A stretch of 64,000 nucleotides of DNA from Psammoneis japonica (lineage: Eukaryota), in assembly GCA_008632985.1 (NCBI GenBank), contig QPGO01000115.1:186001-250000 (forward strand), in the 5' to 3' direction. The translations under genes were made by a program, and so were the position numbers. This document shows, one piece after another, positions 39,224 through 53,000 of this stretch. Position 1 is the stretch's first letter; each line of letters begins with the position of its first letter. The notes below the pieces were generated by a model. The model had not been told where the DNA came from. It did not search any database and saw nothing but the letters and a program-made list of their open reading frames with translations.

Positions 39224-40405
39224 TCACGTTGATGTCTTTGTGTAAACCACGTCATAGAATCTGACGTCAATTGGTCTTCCTCTAGCATATTCCCATGCTC
39301 GCATGGCAATGGGGTCTTCCTGGCTGGGCAAGAGAAAAGTAGCGGATCGCTGTCTGCAATTGATTTCGGTAACTTCACCCTCTTGCTTTTTCTTTGGCAC
39401 GACGGCCGTGTATAGCGACGTGGTTTCAATTTCCTTTAGCAAGGACGATCGTTTCGGTGTAAACACTGGACTTTCTCCACTTTGACTTAAGGGTGATACG
39501 ATTTGTCGAACTACCTCGGCACAATCAAAGTTAAAAGGTTTCGCAATATCTTCGTCTTCTTGCCGACGAGCTAGCACAATCAGATCCACAGATAGCATGG
39601 ATGGCGAGTTCTTTGGTGACAAGACGCACGAAAACTTGTTGGGGGTCACGGTTGAAACATCCACGACACTATTTGTCCCCATGGCTGCCTTGGCAATAGC
39701 CTTGACATTGTATTCACGGTCTGCGATTACATCGCCTTTTCCGTTTGGGATGAAGCGACTGCGATACGTGAGAGTTTCGCCAATTTCCTTTTGCGCCTCG
39801 AGATAAGTTGCATTTCCACCAAACAGTGCAACTCCGCAGGGAGCCTCGACCTGTGTTGTGGTGGACGATACATCCCACACTCCCGAAAACCACCTAGATT
39901 CTCAACATTGTGTAAGACACAGCACAACACCTTTTTGCTTTTCGAATTAAAAGAAGTTCCATTCAACTTACGTTGGGTAGAAAATGTCTGAGCCTTCCAG
40001 CTCGTAGGGCGGTGGACTCATTACATTTTCATTAACGCGAACTTCCAACAAGCCGCTCTCTAACATGGATGATTGTGCTGCTGGAGCAACCAGTTCTGAC
40101 AGCGCGTTGTCAGTGTCAGCTAGTGCAGCCGTTGCAGCTGTGGCTGCACCACTGACAAATGCGCATGTAGAAAAGAGGGCGCGCCTTCGACTTATTTGCT
40201 TGTCTCTCCATTGAAACGACTCGTCTGATTCCACTTCTTCTAATTTGAAGCTTTCGGCACCCAGAATTAGTGGCGATACTCTTTGTTGCCAGTTTTGACA
40301 ACGTGATCTACTAGTCGAAGAGATACGAGCAGGAAATAGCTCAAAGGAATCAGCCAAGAAAGCAAAATTCAAGAGAAGCGCCGCTTTAAATCCAAGCCGC
40401 AACAT
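39224..40405 (-). CDS. DUF6816-like plastid (probably thylakoid lumen) protein, 2 exons (40405-39972, 39893-39224)
   Basis: Signal peptide ending ..ADSF, twin-arginine SRRRALF; GTAAGT...CTAG intron joins DIFYPT-WFSGVWDV; ADREYN, EIETTSLY. Confidence 0.75.
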
Positions 40406-40993
40406 CGTGCCTTCTACTGTATCACGGCTTTCCTTGCTTAGGACCTCGATCCTCGCTCTCGTTGTGATGGCTGATGGCTTGTGGCAACAAGTGGCAAGAT
40501 GATGTTGACTGTTGACCGATGACAATGTCAACAGCACCTACTCTACTAGAGTAGACCCTGGCCCCTGGCCCGGATTCCCGATTCCACATTGGTGGCACGA
40601 GTTCGGGAATGAGAAACGTCATCATCACCTTCACCCATTACCGGTGTTCTTTGTTGCGGAAGGACTTCCGTCATGAAGTGCGTCCGCAAGATGAGCTTAC
40701 GCATACAAGGCTCACAATCAGAAAGCCGTGACACCGACCAATCAAAAGCCTGCCTGCACACAAAGGTTGATGGGCATTGGAAAATGGAACCGGATGTTTA
40801 GTTTGTGGCAGCTCAGGTAGAGAAGAAACCAGGTTTCAGTCGACAAAGCAATCTATATCATTGGCCGGCTAACGAAATCTTTAGCAGGTTACATACTGCA
40901 CTATGCCTTCAACTGTATCTCTAGAATTACGTGGACTGCTCTGAACTAAAACAAAAACTTCCAATTTTTCGAGGTCGCTCCATCCATGTTTGC

Positions 40994-41634
40994 TCAGCTG
41001 TGTCCGTCAAATTCATACCAGCGAGAAGGATGGTTTCGGTCGTAGTTAGACATCTGGTGATAACCTCCATCGCCATGGCCGCCTAGGTAGTTTGGATAGC
41101 TGCTTGAATAGTACCCTCCTCTTCCATATGAGCGAGAATAATCACCTGGGTAGGCTGTGTCGACGTATCGCTGTCCCAATGACGAATAAGGACGACCCCG
41201 GGTCCAAGAATTGTCGTAGTAGCCTCCTCCGCCGTACCCTTGCTCTCGCTCGACTTGACTGATGCGATCTTGCAGGTACCTCTGTTTCACGAATGACCAA
41301 AGAGGAGGTGTTCTGTGAGAAACATGCTGTCGGTGAACATGCTAAAGAAAGAAAAGAATGAACGTTTACTTACGATTCGTTGTTCTCGGCCACTGTTGTA
41401 ATAGTCACGGTTTACTCCTCCGCCGTTGTAATAGTCACGGTTTGCTCCTCCGCCGTACCCATACCCGCCGTAATCATAATTCTGACCTCTGCGATAGTTG
41501 ACATCCTCATCCATTGCCCAATGATACGCAAACAGAGGCTTCACCGCCTCTGTCTTGGGCGCAGGAACGACAAAGGCCGTGGCTCCAAAAAAGGGAAGCA
41601 CGCAAAGAGCAAGGAGGTTAAAGTAGGTCTTCAT
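40994..41634 (-). CDS. Gly/Tyr/Arg-rich low-complexity protein 1, 2 exons (41634-41374, 41281-40994)
   Basis: MKTYFNLLALCVLPFFGATAF leader; GYGG repeats; C-terminal YDRNHPSRWYE; canonical in-frame intron. Confidence 0.8.
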
Positions 41635-41760
41635 CGTGTTCAACAACAACAACGACAAGCAGGAAGCAACAACAAATATCTTGAAAGTTTTGTGAGAGAA
41701 AGTCACAGCTCGAGCAGGTCGGAGGGAGAAAGGTGAATTTCAATCTTTTGTTCTTCGAAA

Positions 41761-41770
41761 TGACGTGGCC
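41761..41770. promoter_or_regulatory. TGACGTGGCC ACGT-core (bZIP-type) box upstream of protein 1
   Basis: Identical 10-mer upstream of all three paralogues. Confidence 0.55.
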
Positions 41771-42186
41771 CTGTGTTGCGAGAATCTCTGACATCATCGC
41801 GTCTCGGTGGCATGTTTGTAATCGTACCGGTACTACCAGCAACCCTACCAATTTCTACGTACGGTGTCGGCGGCATATTTTGCTTTTCGAAATATTTAGA
41901 GCAGTAACGACTGTACACACAATTACTAGTACATTTCGTACGTAGGATTCGGACTGCAGCAGAAATGTTTGAGAAGTGATGACGCAAAAGAGACCGCATC
42001 CCACAGTACGTACAGTATTACAAAATGTTCTCTACTCTACTAGCTAGACTGTAGGTACTAACTACTCTAGCTAGCTAGCTAGAGAGCGGAGTAGTACAGT
42101 ACCTTTTTTAAATGCTCTAGAGTCTTACAGCATCACTATACAGGATAAAAAAAACGACACCTCCTCCATCTATTGGGCAAACCAAT

Positions 42187-43042
42187 TCAGTACCTCTTCG
42201 GTTGTCCCGTATGTTCGTACCAACGCGAGGGATGGTTTCGATTGTAACGGGACATGGGTTTGTCACTGTGGTACCTATCCGAGTCGTATCCTGTGTCCAT
42301 GTACCGTCCTTCATCAGTGTGAACCAGAAAAAAGAGAGTTAACATTTCGACGAGACAGCGGGCAAGGGACCGATGAAAATGAAGCACGTTGAGGCAACCA
42401 AAGCCCCATCACCCCAAATGGAACAACAGGAAAGCATGCCACACAATGGTAATTGACGCAACAAACCTCATTGACGCACAACAGAGCAACTCACCTCCAT
42501 AGCCTCGGTAGAAGTCTGAAATGTATCCACCATTGTGGTGTCGTCCACCAAACTTGTCTACATAGTCTTGGCCTCTTCCATACGTGCCTCGTCCGCGCTC
42601 AATGTAGCTGGGAGCTCCGTGGTAGTGACCGTCGTTTCCAAAGTAACGCTCGTCATTGAAGGAGCCGTTGCCATCACTTCCGTACCGATGTCCGTACCCA
42701 AATCTGTCATACCTGCCATAATTGCCAAAATCTCTGTCGTCTCTCTTTGATTGTTTGTAGATGAAAAAGCACTGTTAGGAGCCGATTCTCGATTCAACAC
42801 AACAATCAGAGCATACTAGTCTAAATTCCCGGCTCAACGCATCACTACAAAAAAGGATCACTTACCATGCGCTCGTCGTGGTAAGCATCATATTGGTTTT
42901 CGTATTCGGAGCGTCCACCGTAGTAGTAGGCTTCAAGCGAGGACTTCGCGGCGTTGGACGATGAAGCGAGAAATGCGCTACAACACGTAGCTCCCAAGAT
43001 TTGCAACACAGAGATTGCCAAGATGGTAACGTAAATCTTCAT
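42187..43042 (-). CDS. Gly/Tyr/Arg-rich low-complexity protein 2, 3 exons
   Basis: MKIYVTILAISVLQILGATCCSAF leader; Y/G/R/D-rich middle exon ~42750-42496; C-terminal YNRNHPSRWYE. Confidence 0.75.
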
Positions 43043-43248
43043 GTGTGCGTTCTCAATAGATCCGGGAGGAGAGTTTCTTTGTGGTTGGGTGGTGCCGGTA
43101 GATCGAGAAAGGAAAAGAGCAGGGACGGATACGCACTTCCTCTCGACAGATCGGTTTCGCGCCTTGATGTCAACTTCTCCCAATTCCTTCCAACGCGTCT
43201 TGTGATGTTGTGATACCCCCGCCCCGCACCCACGACAGGGAACATCGA

Positions 43249-43258
43249 TGACGTGGCC
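43249..43258. promoter_or_regulatory. TGACGTGGCC box upstream of protein 2
   Basis: Same 10-mer, ~207 bp from the ATG. Confidence 0.55.
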
Positions 43259-43796
43259 TCAAAGAAGACTCACGACGTCAGCGTTGTTTAACATCCTGCC
43301 TGACAGTGTCGACTTGAAATGAAAATAAGGTCCTCCATGTCTGAATACTTTCAAAAGCTAAAATTTTCGAAAATTTTACGAAACTGAAAAACTTCCCTCC
43401 GACACGGCGGCACGAGCGGAAAGGCAATGGCCATCCCTGCTATTCCCGTTTTCCTGCCACCAGCAACGGGCGGTATCCTCCCAACATCGCGTTTCCAATG
43501 AAACTCATTTAGAGAGCTCTTCATGAGGAGAGATTTCGTAGCTTGGGATTGCCCCGTTTTCGCCACGTTTCACCCCTCCGGAGTTACGTGCAGTAGAGAC
43601 CCGGTCTCACCTCTTCGAGATTCATCAAAGCGAAGGCAATACTCGGTCGCTAAGTAGTACAAGAACTAGATGGGAGCATTTTTAAAAGGCTTTTATAAAT
43701 CATAGTAGCACCCAAACAGACTCAGCTTTCCGCATCTGCTACGTTTTATAAATATATAAACCGTCACGCTTTCTCTTCCTCTTCTTGTTTCCTCCT

Positions 43797-44840
43797 TTAG
43801 TACGAGTTCTCGTACCAACGTCCCGATCCGTAGCCCGATCCGTAACCCGATCCGTAGCCTCGCCCATAATAATTGTTGTACCTCTGCATTATCAACGAAA
43901 ACAGATGTCGTGAGTGAGAGAATGGCTTTTGTTAAGGAAAGGGCGGAAACAAGACACCTTGAATCAACTTACATCGCCGTATCCAGAGTACTAAATTTTC
44001 AAAAGAAACAAATGAGAACACAGAGTGAGTGAGAGAGTTACTTTTCCAAAAAGGCCAAGCACAACGAATCAACTCACGTAGTTTCCGCCATAGTTACGGC
44101 CGTACGATCCGTATCCGCCCTGCATTTTCAACAAAGCCAGAAAACATGGTATGAGTGAGAGTGCGTTGTGAGTGAGAGAATGGATCTGTTTCAAAGACTG
44201 AGCACCGTGAATCAACTTACATAGCCAGATCCGTATCCTCCGTAGTTTCCATATCCACCGTAGTTTCCGTATCCACCGTACCCATAATCGCTCCTCATGT
44301 CTGCATTCGGAACAAAACAGGTGGATCAAATGAGTAAAAGTCAAAGAGAGAGAACAAAACAAAACAAGAGAGAGCGCGACACTTACAAGAAGGGCGGCGG
44401 TCGTAGTAAGACCCATAGTAGCCGGAACCTGATCCGTAGTAGCGGTCATTATCATAGTAACGATCCCCGTATCCTCCTCCCGAGTAGTAACCCCTTCCGT
44501 ACGGCCCGCGAGAATAACCACGGTTTCCGTAATATCCTCCACGGCTGTTGTAGCGCTACACCGTCAAGGAAAAAGTTGCAACACAGTGAGAGAGTGGTAT
44601 GCAAGGGAAGCAACACGATGCATTGAGTGCACGTACGTCATAGCGGTAGGGCCTATCCATAACGCTGCCATAGCGGTAGTTTGCGTCGGGTTCCATCGCC
44701 CAGTGGTAAGCTTCGAGGGGCTTCACCTCAGTCTCGCGGACAGCAGGCTTCATCTCGGTCTTGACGGCCGGAGCAACAAAGGCGGTGGCTCCCCATAGCT
44801 GCAAGACGCAGAGCGCAAGGATGCTAAAGTAGGTCTTCAT
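43797..44840 (-). CDS. Gly/Tyr/Arg-rich low-complexity protein 3, multi-exon with micro-exons
   Basis: MKTYFSILALCVLQLWGATAF leader; AYHWAM shared with protein 1; YGGYGN and GYGS repeats; ends GRWYENSY-TAA; several GT-AG introns. Confidence 0.78.
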
Positions 44841-44927
44841 GGTGCAAACAAGTTTGTTTCGAGAAAGGTTGACGAAAATGTGAGAAAAAGTTGCGCCACC
44901 ACGAGAAGGAGAAGGCATTCTTCTTTC

Positions 44928-44937
44928 TGACGTGGCC
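44928..44937. promoter_or_regulatory. TGACGTGGCC box upstream of protein 3
   Basis: Same 10-mer, ~88 bp from the ATG. Confidence 0.55.
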
Positions 44938-45952
44938 TTTTCCTACATAAGGTCTACGCAAATTCTGATATCACGCTTGCGTCAGCATTTTTCGTACGAG
45001 CGAATCACTGTAGAAATTTTACGTACACGTCACCGTGACCGGGTGCGCAGCTGTTGTTTTCTTCTTGAAGTGGAGCGGGAGGGTGTCAGCTTATCTCCCA
45101 AACTTGACACCAAGGCTCGAGACGCATTTTGATTGGAGGCGTGGCATTGGTGGCTGACTCTAAGATTCCGCGGGTATTTGCGCGCGAAGTGGGATTGGCT
45201 TCCACGAGATCGTCGGAGCCCGAGTACCACCGGCAAGAGTCGTCTTTGCTCCAATTTGGGCGCGAAAAAATGCTCTAGAGTAGAAGTCGCAGTATGCGAT
45301 TCTCAAATGACATGCACCTCAAGGGTTTTGCTCATTCCTTTATTGAGATTTCTGTACAGTATCCTTCGTTCTCCGGTCACTTCTGGCACAATGTGCTGCT
45401 TGTTTGAATGGGCCCAAAACAGAAATCTTCCATGCTAGCACAAAAGAAAAACTACTCCTATAACATTTCAACATTATCGTCTTATATTCATTATCCATAT
45501 TAGAAGATAGAGGGACAATTTCGATACCGTCGTCTCAGACAAGGTCGGGAATCTAATCACATTTTGCTTTTGTCAAGAAAAGTACGTTCAGGCCACACGC
45601 GGCATCTTTCCGCGGAGGACCACATTCGTGCGCCTTACACTTTTCATAATGAACAAACCAGCAGCATTTTATTTTAAGCATGCGTATAGAGATCGCTTAC
45701 ATGTTGTATCGTTATCTAGTTCGCATCGGTTCCAACTCCATGCCATGAAGCAATCGATCGGAAGGAACCTTCGTTTCTCTTCCATACGACGGCGCGCCAA
45801 AGGTTTCGCGCCTTGTTCCCGCGTTTTGGATTCTACGATGACGTCAGCGCACATCGCGCGCTTTTTTCGAAAACGACGATGCATGCCGATGAAAAAGGAC
45901 CGCATCCGGCAAAGCCACATTGCACCTGGTAGCGTTAACAACGGCCTTCAAA

Positions 45953-46885
45953 ATGGCGGTGCTCCGCGATGTTTTGCTTTTATTCTTCAGTCTACAAAAG
46001 GCACATGGCTGGACGGTACCATCGTTTCCAGCAAAAAGTCGTTCCGTTTCTTCGAATCACCATGTCCTCAGCATGAATCTACTCAGCGACATTGGTGCAA
46101 TGATGACGGGAGGAAAGCTCGTGCCACAAAAATCCTTGCCGTACGGTGAGCCGCTGAGTTCATCCAGTTCCGTTGACTCTGAAGAATCAAGGACCTTTGC
46201 GGTACAGGAACGAGCACTGAGCTTCACGGGGGAAGATTTTGACGTGTACAGCCAAGACAACACACCTTTTATGCGTGTCCGTGGTGCAATGATGCATTTG
46301 CCAGGAAAAGACAAAATGAGGCTTTACACGAGCGACGGAGAGGAAGTCGCTGTTTTAGACAGAAAGCTTGTCAGTATGACTTGTACTTATGACATTTATA
46401 GAGGTGGCATGGGGGCTGAAAAGATTGGGTGGATAGAAAAGAAGTTGGTTTCTCTTACCGAGTCCTTTTCAGTTTACATGGAGGGTAAAGGAGGTTTCGG
46501 TCTCTTAAAGCCCCACCAGCATATCAATTAGAAGGAGATTTCATTGAACGAAACTTGTCATGAAGAATGACAAGGGTGAAGTAGTGGCAAAAGTTGCAAA
46601 GGTAAATATATCGATGGTTCGTGGTTTTTTGTTGACGATGATGCAGCCTTTCTTGTGTTAATCATTCTGCCTTTTCCTTTGGGGTTCACCGCCTATCCTG
46701 ACGGGTTACAGGATGGAATTATACAGTTTGATGCATTCAATCACTACCAGGTTCAGGTTGCCCCCGGGATGGACGCCGCTCTTGTTCTAGCTTGTGCTTG
46801 TGCCATTGACGAAGAGTTCGATGAGGAGCACGCGGAACGAAAGCGCAAAGAAGAGGAAGAGGGAAGTGGCGGTTGGTTTGGTTAG
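45953..46885 (+). CDS. LURP-one / tubby-C / scramblase-like protein; intron 46602-46711; two apparent 1-bp deletions near 46512 and 46556
   Basis: FAVQERALSFTGEDFDV, LEGDFIERN, YQVQVAPGMDAALVLACACAIDE; N-terminal signal peptide. Confidence 0.8.
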
Positions 46886-47013
46886 AGAAAGCACATGTTA
46901 TTTGGCTGGCAGGCCTGAACACTGACGGTGTCATATTTTTAAATCATAGATAATACTACTAGCTAGAGTACTACGACTAGAGAGGATAACCTAACCTTTT
47001 CTAACTAAGGCAC

Positions 47014-50000
47014 TCAAGCTGCCGGTTTATGAGAGAGCGCTTTCTTGTGGACAGTCGCGTACTTGCTCGTCTCTTCACTATCCGTCGCCGAGGCGTACTT
47101 GATAATACCAAATCGGGCATTCACGTCGACCCACGGGAAAAGATGGCGATCCTTGGCACAGTCGAATGACGCTTGATCAATATCTCGTTGGGTACGAACA
47201 AATTCCACTTCGTCACTCAACGGGCTCCAGTGATGCGTTCGCTGAATAGCACCCAACCCAACGCAACAGTTCTCCAAAATTTGGCCATTGCGATTCTTTG
47301 TGTAAATGGGATAGCCTACCGCATCATATACGTGCACCTGAGAATCATGGAGAGGCGACCCGCTTTGCTTTGTGAGGGCGTGGGAAACCATCTCCAACGA
47401 TTCCGGTGTCGTGTGTTCTTCCAAGACACCACGGAGGGTACAGGTTGGAATATGATCTAAATGCTGCGATTCTCTCCAGAAGATCCTAGCTCCATCTGGA
47501 AGCATTGTCTGAGCTCCACCAAGAAACTTCTGAAAAGGAGCAGAGTCTAGAACGGAGTTTAGAAAGTCCAACAGCGTTCCAGAAAATGCTCTGCTGAAGT
47601 AGCCCTGCTGGTACTTGAAGAATTCTTCGCACATAATAATAAGTTTCTGAATCTTAGCATCGACCGCAGGTCCATGGCATGATCCATTGGCCGCCGAAAA
47701 TAAGAGCTGGCGACAAACAAGTCCAGCGTCAGGATTCGAAAGCGCCCGCTGTTGCATTGGCGAACCTTAGACAAGAAGAAGAGCAGAGGAAAGCCATGAG
47801 ACAAAATGCCACTTCGGGCAAAGATGACGTTCCGTCAGTGCCACTGTACCTGAAAGGAGGATGGACTCCGCCATTAAAGCATTGCACATCCCTGCGAATA
47901 TCCCACTAATCCGTACGGTTTCTTCAGCTTCTGTGCCGCCTCGATTGCCTCTTCAATTTTCGCAGCGTTGAATTCGAATGACCTTGCTGTGGCGGTATCT
48001 GAACGGATAGTCAGTACACCCCGTTGTGCCTCGAGTCTCTCCATCGCATGAATTAGTTCGAGGCCTTTCTTGCCTTCTGTGATCACCCCCATTGCTGTGA
48101 CAATCGAAAAGTCATAGAATCCCGGAGGATTAGGAATTAAGAGCCGAACAAGTGGGTCTTTCCGGAGCCTCTCTCTGTCATCTTCCTCGAAGATAATTGC
48201 ATCGAGGATTCCATCTACTAATTCCTGCTCTTTGCTTGTGTCTGGGTTAGTAAACAAGTGGTCCGAATCCTCAATGTTGACCCATGGAGATGATGTTGGC
48301 GCCTTTGATCGTTCAGGCGTGCTCGGTGGTGAGCTGGAACCGGCGCTGGCGACCTGCCCTTCGGCGTGGGCGCGATCTCGGCATCGCTTGGCGCCACACC
48401 GGAGTGCATCAAGCCTGTCATGTGCGTAACAAAACAGAGGTCAAGGTTAGAACTCCTGGGTCCATTTCATATCTGACAAATCTTGTACTGGTTCCCGAGC
48501 CCATTCGTATACACCTACCAATGTCGAACACTGTCAATGTCTTGAATCACGTTGTCATACATAGACATCACCATCAACGCGTCGTAATTTCTCCTGTAAA
48601 AATCGCTGAACCAATCCATTTGGAAAGCTAACTTGTCAAGTTCTAGCACTTTGGTGCAGGCCGCAAATGCATCTTCGTATGAAGAAACTGCACTTTTGTA
48701 CTCCTCAGTCTCTTTCGTCGAAGTTGCGTCTGCAATGAGTTTGTCGATGATGAGTACGCCTTGTCGGTCGGCTTCGGCAATCTGTGATCCCAGAGACATT
48801 GAAACGGCGAAAATGTGAAGATAATTCGATCGATCAAAGAGGAGGGAGAGAGTTCTGAGTATGAGTTGTATGCGTACCTTCTCTTTTGCATCATTCGTTG
48901 CTTCTGCGAGCTTCGATGGACGAGAGCCTCCTACGTTCGTCGAAAAGCTGTCTATGTCAATTCCCACGTCGTAGTCCTTGCCCTCAGCTTCTCGTGGGCG
49001 TCGTATGGGATCTTCTTCTTTGTGATGACGGACTCTCTGTACATGTCCCTGAAGAAAGAATAAAAGACGTGAGAAAGGCCGAAGAAGCGCAAAACACGAC
49101 AAGAACAAGACGCCATCGAACATACTTTCAACGCGAAATAGCACTCCGCATCTTCAAGAATGTCCGTTGCTGTGGCATAGATGGCTTCATAGAAGCTTTG
49201 ACGTGCCCAGCGCCCACCTGCCAGGTAGTCACCTCTTCGCGGAATCTTGAAGCCTGGCAACCATGATTCTAGGAGTGCGTGCATGTCAAGACGATGAACC
49301 TGTGTGAATGAGCTCTGATCAAGCTCAAGCAACGCCATCAACGCTGAAGAGACCGACGAACACGAGCATGTAAGAATGTGGTAAGTCAATGTACGATTCC
49401 ATAATAACAACAACATCATGCGGGACATGCTAAACCTACCATGGGAGAGACCGCGAGGAGAAACCTGGCCTCCGGGAGAGCCGATCTCGGCGAGAACCGC
49501 GACAGCAAAGCCTGGTGGCTGACTAGCAACCAAGTCGAGCAGCATTCTCTGGTTTAACTGGACAACCGTGGAACTTTTCATAGCGCTTGTAAGACCGGCT
49601 TGGAGAAGAATTGCTACGTCGTACGGACCAAGAAGGGAATCTCCGAGGTGGTATTCATCGTCTTGTGGTAACAGAGCACCGGCCTCGTTTTCCTCTAAGT
49701 CTAACACCAGTTCCTTGGGGATTTTGCTGTCCTGGACGTCCACGTAAGAAGCTACTCGCCCAGCCGGTGTCAACACAAAATCGTCTTCTGCAATCTCAGG
49801 GACTTCTCCAAGAACCCCACCGCCTGCTTTTGGTGCATGGATTCGTTTCCTTCGAAGCATTGACAGAGTAGACACATTATTGGATTTGTTGGAAGACCAA
49901 CCGTCAAGTCTGGCGTTTCGATTCCGTTTCTTTCCGCTATACTCGGCTCGAAGAGTAGCTCTGGTTGCTTCTCCTAAGAATACTGAAACGAGAAAGCTCT

Positions 50001-53000
50001 GAGGCAAGAATGTAAGGCCACCATAGCTTTCCGATATTTCCAATACCCTTTTCTTCACTGAATACACATAACGCAGCCTCCGAAGGTCTGAGGGTTGCCA
50101 ATCTGTGGACGACCTCGCACTCAAGAGGTACTCCACTTGGCGGAAACTCATGTAAGGCGCGACGCGACTCACAAGGTTCGAAAACGATGGATCAAGCGGC
50201 AGCTGTGGTTTATCATGGATTTGTTCGTACAGGTTCTTGGCAGAGGGTATGCCCCGAAACTTCCTTGCATAGTTTGCGACTTGGCTGAGCGGAATGACGT
50301 TGTTCTCGACATACGGCGGGCGAACGGCCATGGGATCCAGCATGACTACGAATTGAAGAGAAGATTGTCAAAGGCTATCAGCAAAGCCAGGTACTCCGAG
50401 TGAAACTATTTGGATTTGGTCATTGCAGAAAGCTTCGAAACACGTACCTGCAGCCCATCGAACCACACGGTCGATCTCAGGCGCCCATTCGTCGTAGACT
50501 TCTACATTCTCCCGAATCAACTCTTTGACTTTTAAAGTATCGAGACCATCGCCGTTTGTGACTCTTCTAATGACAGGGAGAATCGAGTCAACTTCGTTAA
50601 CATCACCGCACAAGAAAAGTGAAATGAGTCGTGCCATCTTATGGCCAGGAATAGCTTTCCCTGGGTCAGAAACACCTTCCGCATCAAAAATTTCTTTTGC
50701 CCTCCAAACTGTGCATATCACAACACAATATCGCGAATGAGTCTGGTTTCAGATTTTGAATAAGGATTCAATGATGCTGCAACCAGGGACGCTTACCTTG
50801 CTCGAGAATGTATCTCAGCAATCTATGCAAATCTGAATTTATCAGTTCAACAACTTGGAGAAGCTTTTCCATGGTAGTTTTGTCATGAAGGACTTTAAGA
50901 ATAATCTCCGCCGACTCCTCGTCAGGAGAAACAAGAGCGTTGAAAAATTTCCAGTCATAAAGCCCTTCACGATCTTCGCGCATTGTAGACGCCTTTTGAA
51001 TTCCGATCCCGCCAACAGAAGAAACATGAAACTGCAGTCTCCCCTGCTGCAACGCAGGAATAAGCAATGGCACCTGGTCTTTGTTTTCGTGATCTGTGTA
51101 TGCTGGAGAGTGCCCAACTTTGGTTACCTGGAGAATCGGAGACGAACCTTGAAAGTCCCAGCTCAGCTCGCAACGAGTATCGCCTTCAAGCGACATATCC
51201 ACAACGCTTTCGACAATCTTCACAACGGCTGTCGTCTCTGTAGGGATAATGATACGCCTGTGACCCAACGTGGCGCTGTACTCCTTCAGCTTTAGAAACA
51301 CAGAAGATCCCGAGAACACTATCTCGTACGCTTCAAGGGGATTGAAAATATTTGGTCCCGTCGTAGATAGGGAAGTACCAAGCTTCTGAGGTCGAAGATA
51401 ACTGGACACTCTTCCATTGAATGCTCCTGACAGAAGAGACAAGAGCTTCGTTCCTTCAAAGATTTCAAGTTCCGGGAACTAGACGCCGCAAAAAAGTGTC
51501 GTCGAGGGAAAGAAAAACAAAATAGTAAGCGTAGAAGCAACGTGAAGAAACGAATTTGAAGTTTACTATCTCACCTCAGCAACATTCGTCGCATTGTTCA
51601 TTGAAAAGGATGCCACAGCGAAGTCAGCAACAAGCTTGATTCCGTCAGAAACGGGTGATACGGAATCACCCTCTTTTCCGGGCTTCTCATCAGCTGCTAT
51701 TCCTCCAACAATACGAGCCATCATTCGAAGTCCATCCATCTCAGGAATAAACATGGTTTGTCCATCATCTGAATAGCTCATGCTCTCGGGAGGAATAAAC
51801 GCATTCTGAATCCCAAATGTGAAATCCACTGCAGGCAAATGGCGCAAAATGTTTCGCTTTCGCTGTGGCTCGTAAGGCTCGAGCTTCGCCCCGGCTCGTG
51901 CCGTAAGGGAACCAAATGCGTAAATTGATTCCAGTTGAGTACTAATCATCGTCCCGCCTTTGAGCATCGGATGTGAAGCCCCAATCGACAACGACACTGC
52001 TTCCAGCTGCGTGTCTTCCCATACGTTGAACGCGTAGTCATATTGCAGCATGTCCATTTTCAAGATTTGCTGACTTTGGCCGCAACTTGATCGGGAAACA
52101 GTAGCAGTGCCAACACCGACGACGACTCTTCGTCATCGTTTAGAGCAGATAGGTGATGCAGACCACCAGGATGCTTTTTTCTTACGAGGTTTCCAGGTTG
52201 AGCAGCCGTCTGATCCTTCACCGAAGCAGGATCAGCCTTCCAAATCGCCACGCTTCCTGCTGTAGAAAACTTGCTCTTTTGAAGAATCGTAGCTCCACAG
52301 TCATCATGAAGTGCTGAGAGCTTCAGAACGTGCAAGGTTGCTTTCTCTTTGCTAACGGTACCCTTTGCGGCAAACTGAAACAGCCAGGGAACGAGTTTGT
52401 TTGCATCAAAGGGTGGTGATGGTCTCACGGAAGTGCCCGCTGCGTTCTGGTTGAGTGAAAAATGCGATTGCCGCTTGGACCGCAAGTAACTTCCAGAATC
52501 AGGGTTGGTCGTCCAAGATGACAGTGAGTCTGAATCTCCTCCGCCAACAGGGAAGGATGGTGGTGGCTGCTGCAGGTCGGAAGTGTCTTGTCGACGCATA
52601 CCTGGTCCAACATCTCGTCCGTGCATCATCTCGACAGCTACAGTAATGCCGCCAGGGAGCGTTACGTCCACACCTATTGCCGGTGGAGTTGCTACAGCCT
52701 TGACGTCCACATTCCATCCCACCAAAGTGTCCAACGCCGCCAGTGCGATGCGCTTTTCCGCAATGTTTTCGCGTCGCAACTTCGCCGAAGCAAGAGGTTG
52801 GGCTGTGAGAAGGTGCTCCAGCAGTGCATGAGGCTGCGGTATAATGAATGTAGGAAGAACAACGCTGATGAAGGGAATCGGTATCCACCCAAAGAGTAAT
52901 ACGTGGCCACTAAAGGCAAGACTGAGCCGCCATTCAGGATGTTTTTTGTCAGTACTACCTTTGAAGACAGGAGTCACTCGAACCTTTGAAAGGTGGATCT

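Noticed and set aside
46505..46560. Programmed frameshifting in the LURP-like gene (also near 52060)
   Set aside because: The breaks are single-base losses in short homopolymers, more likely assembly errors or recent lesions; read data are needed
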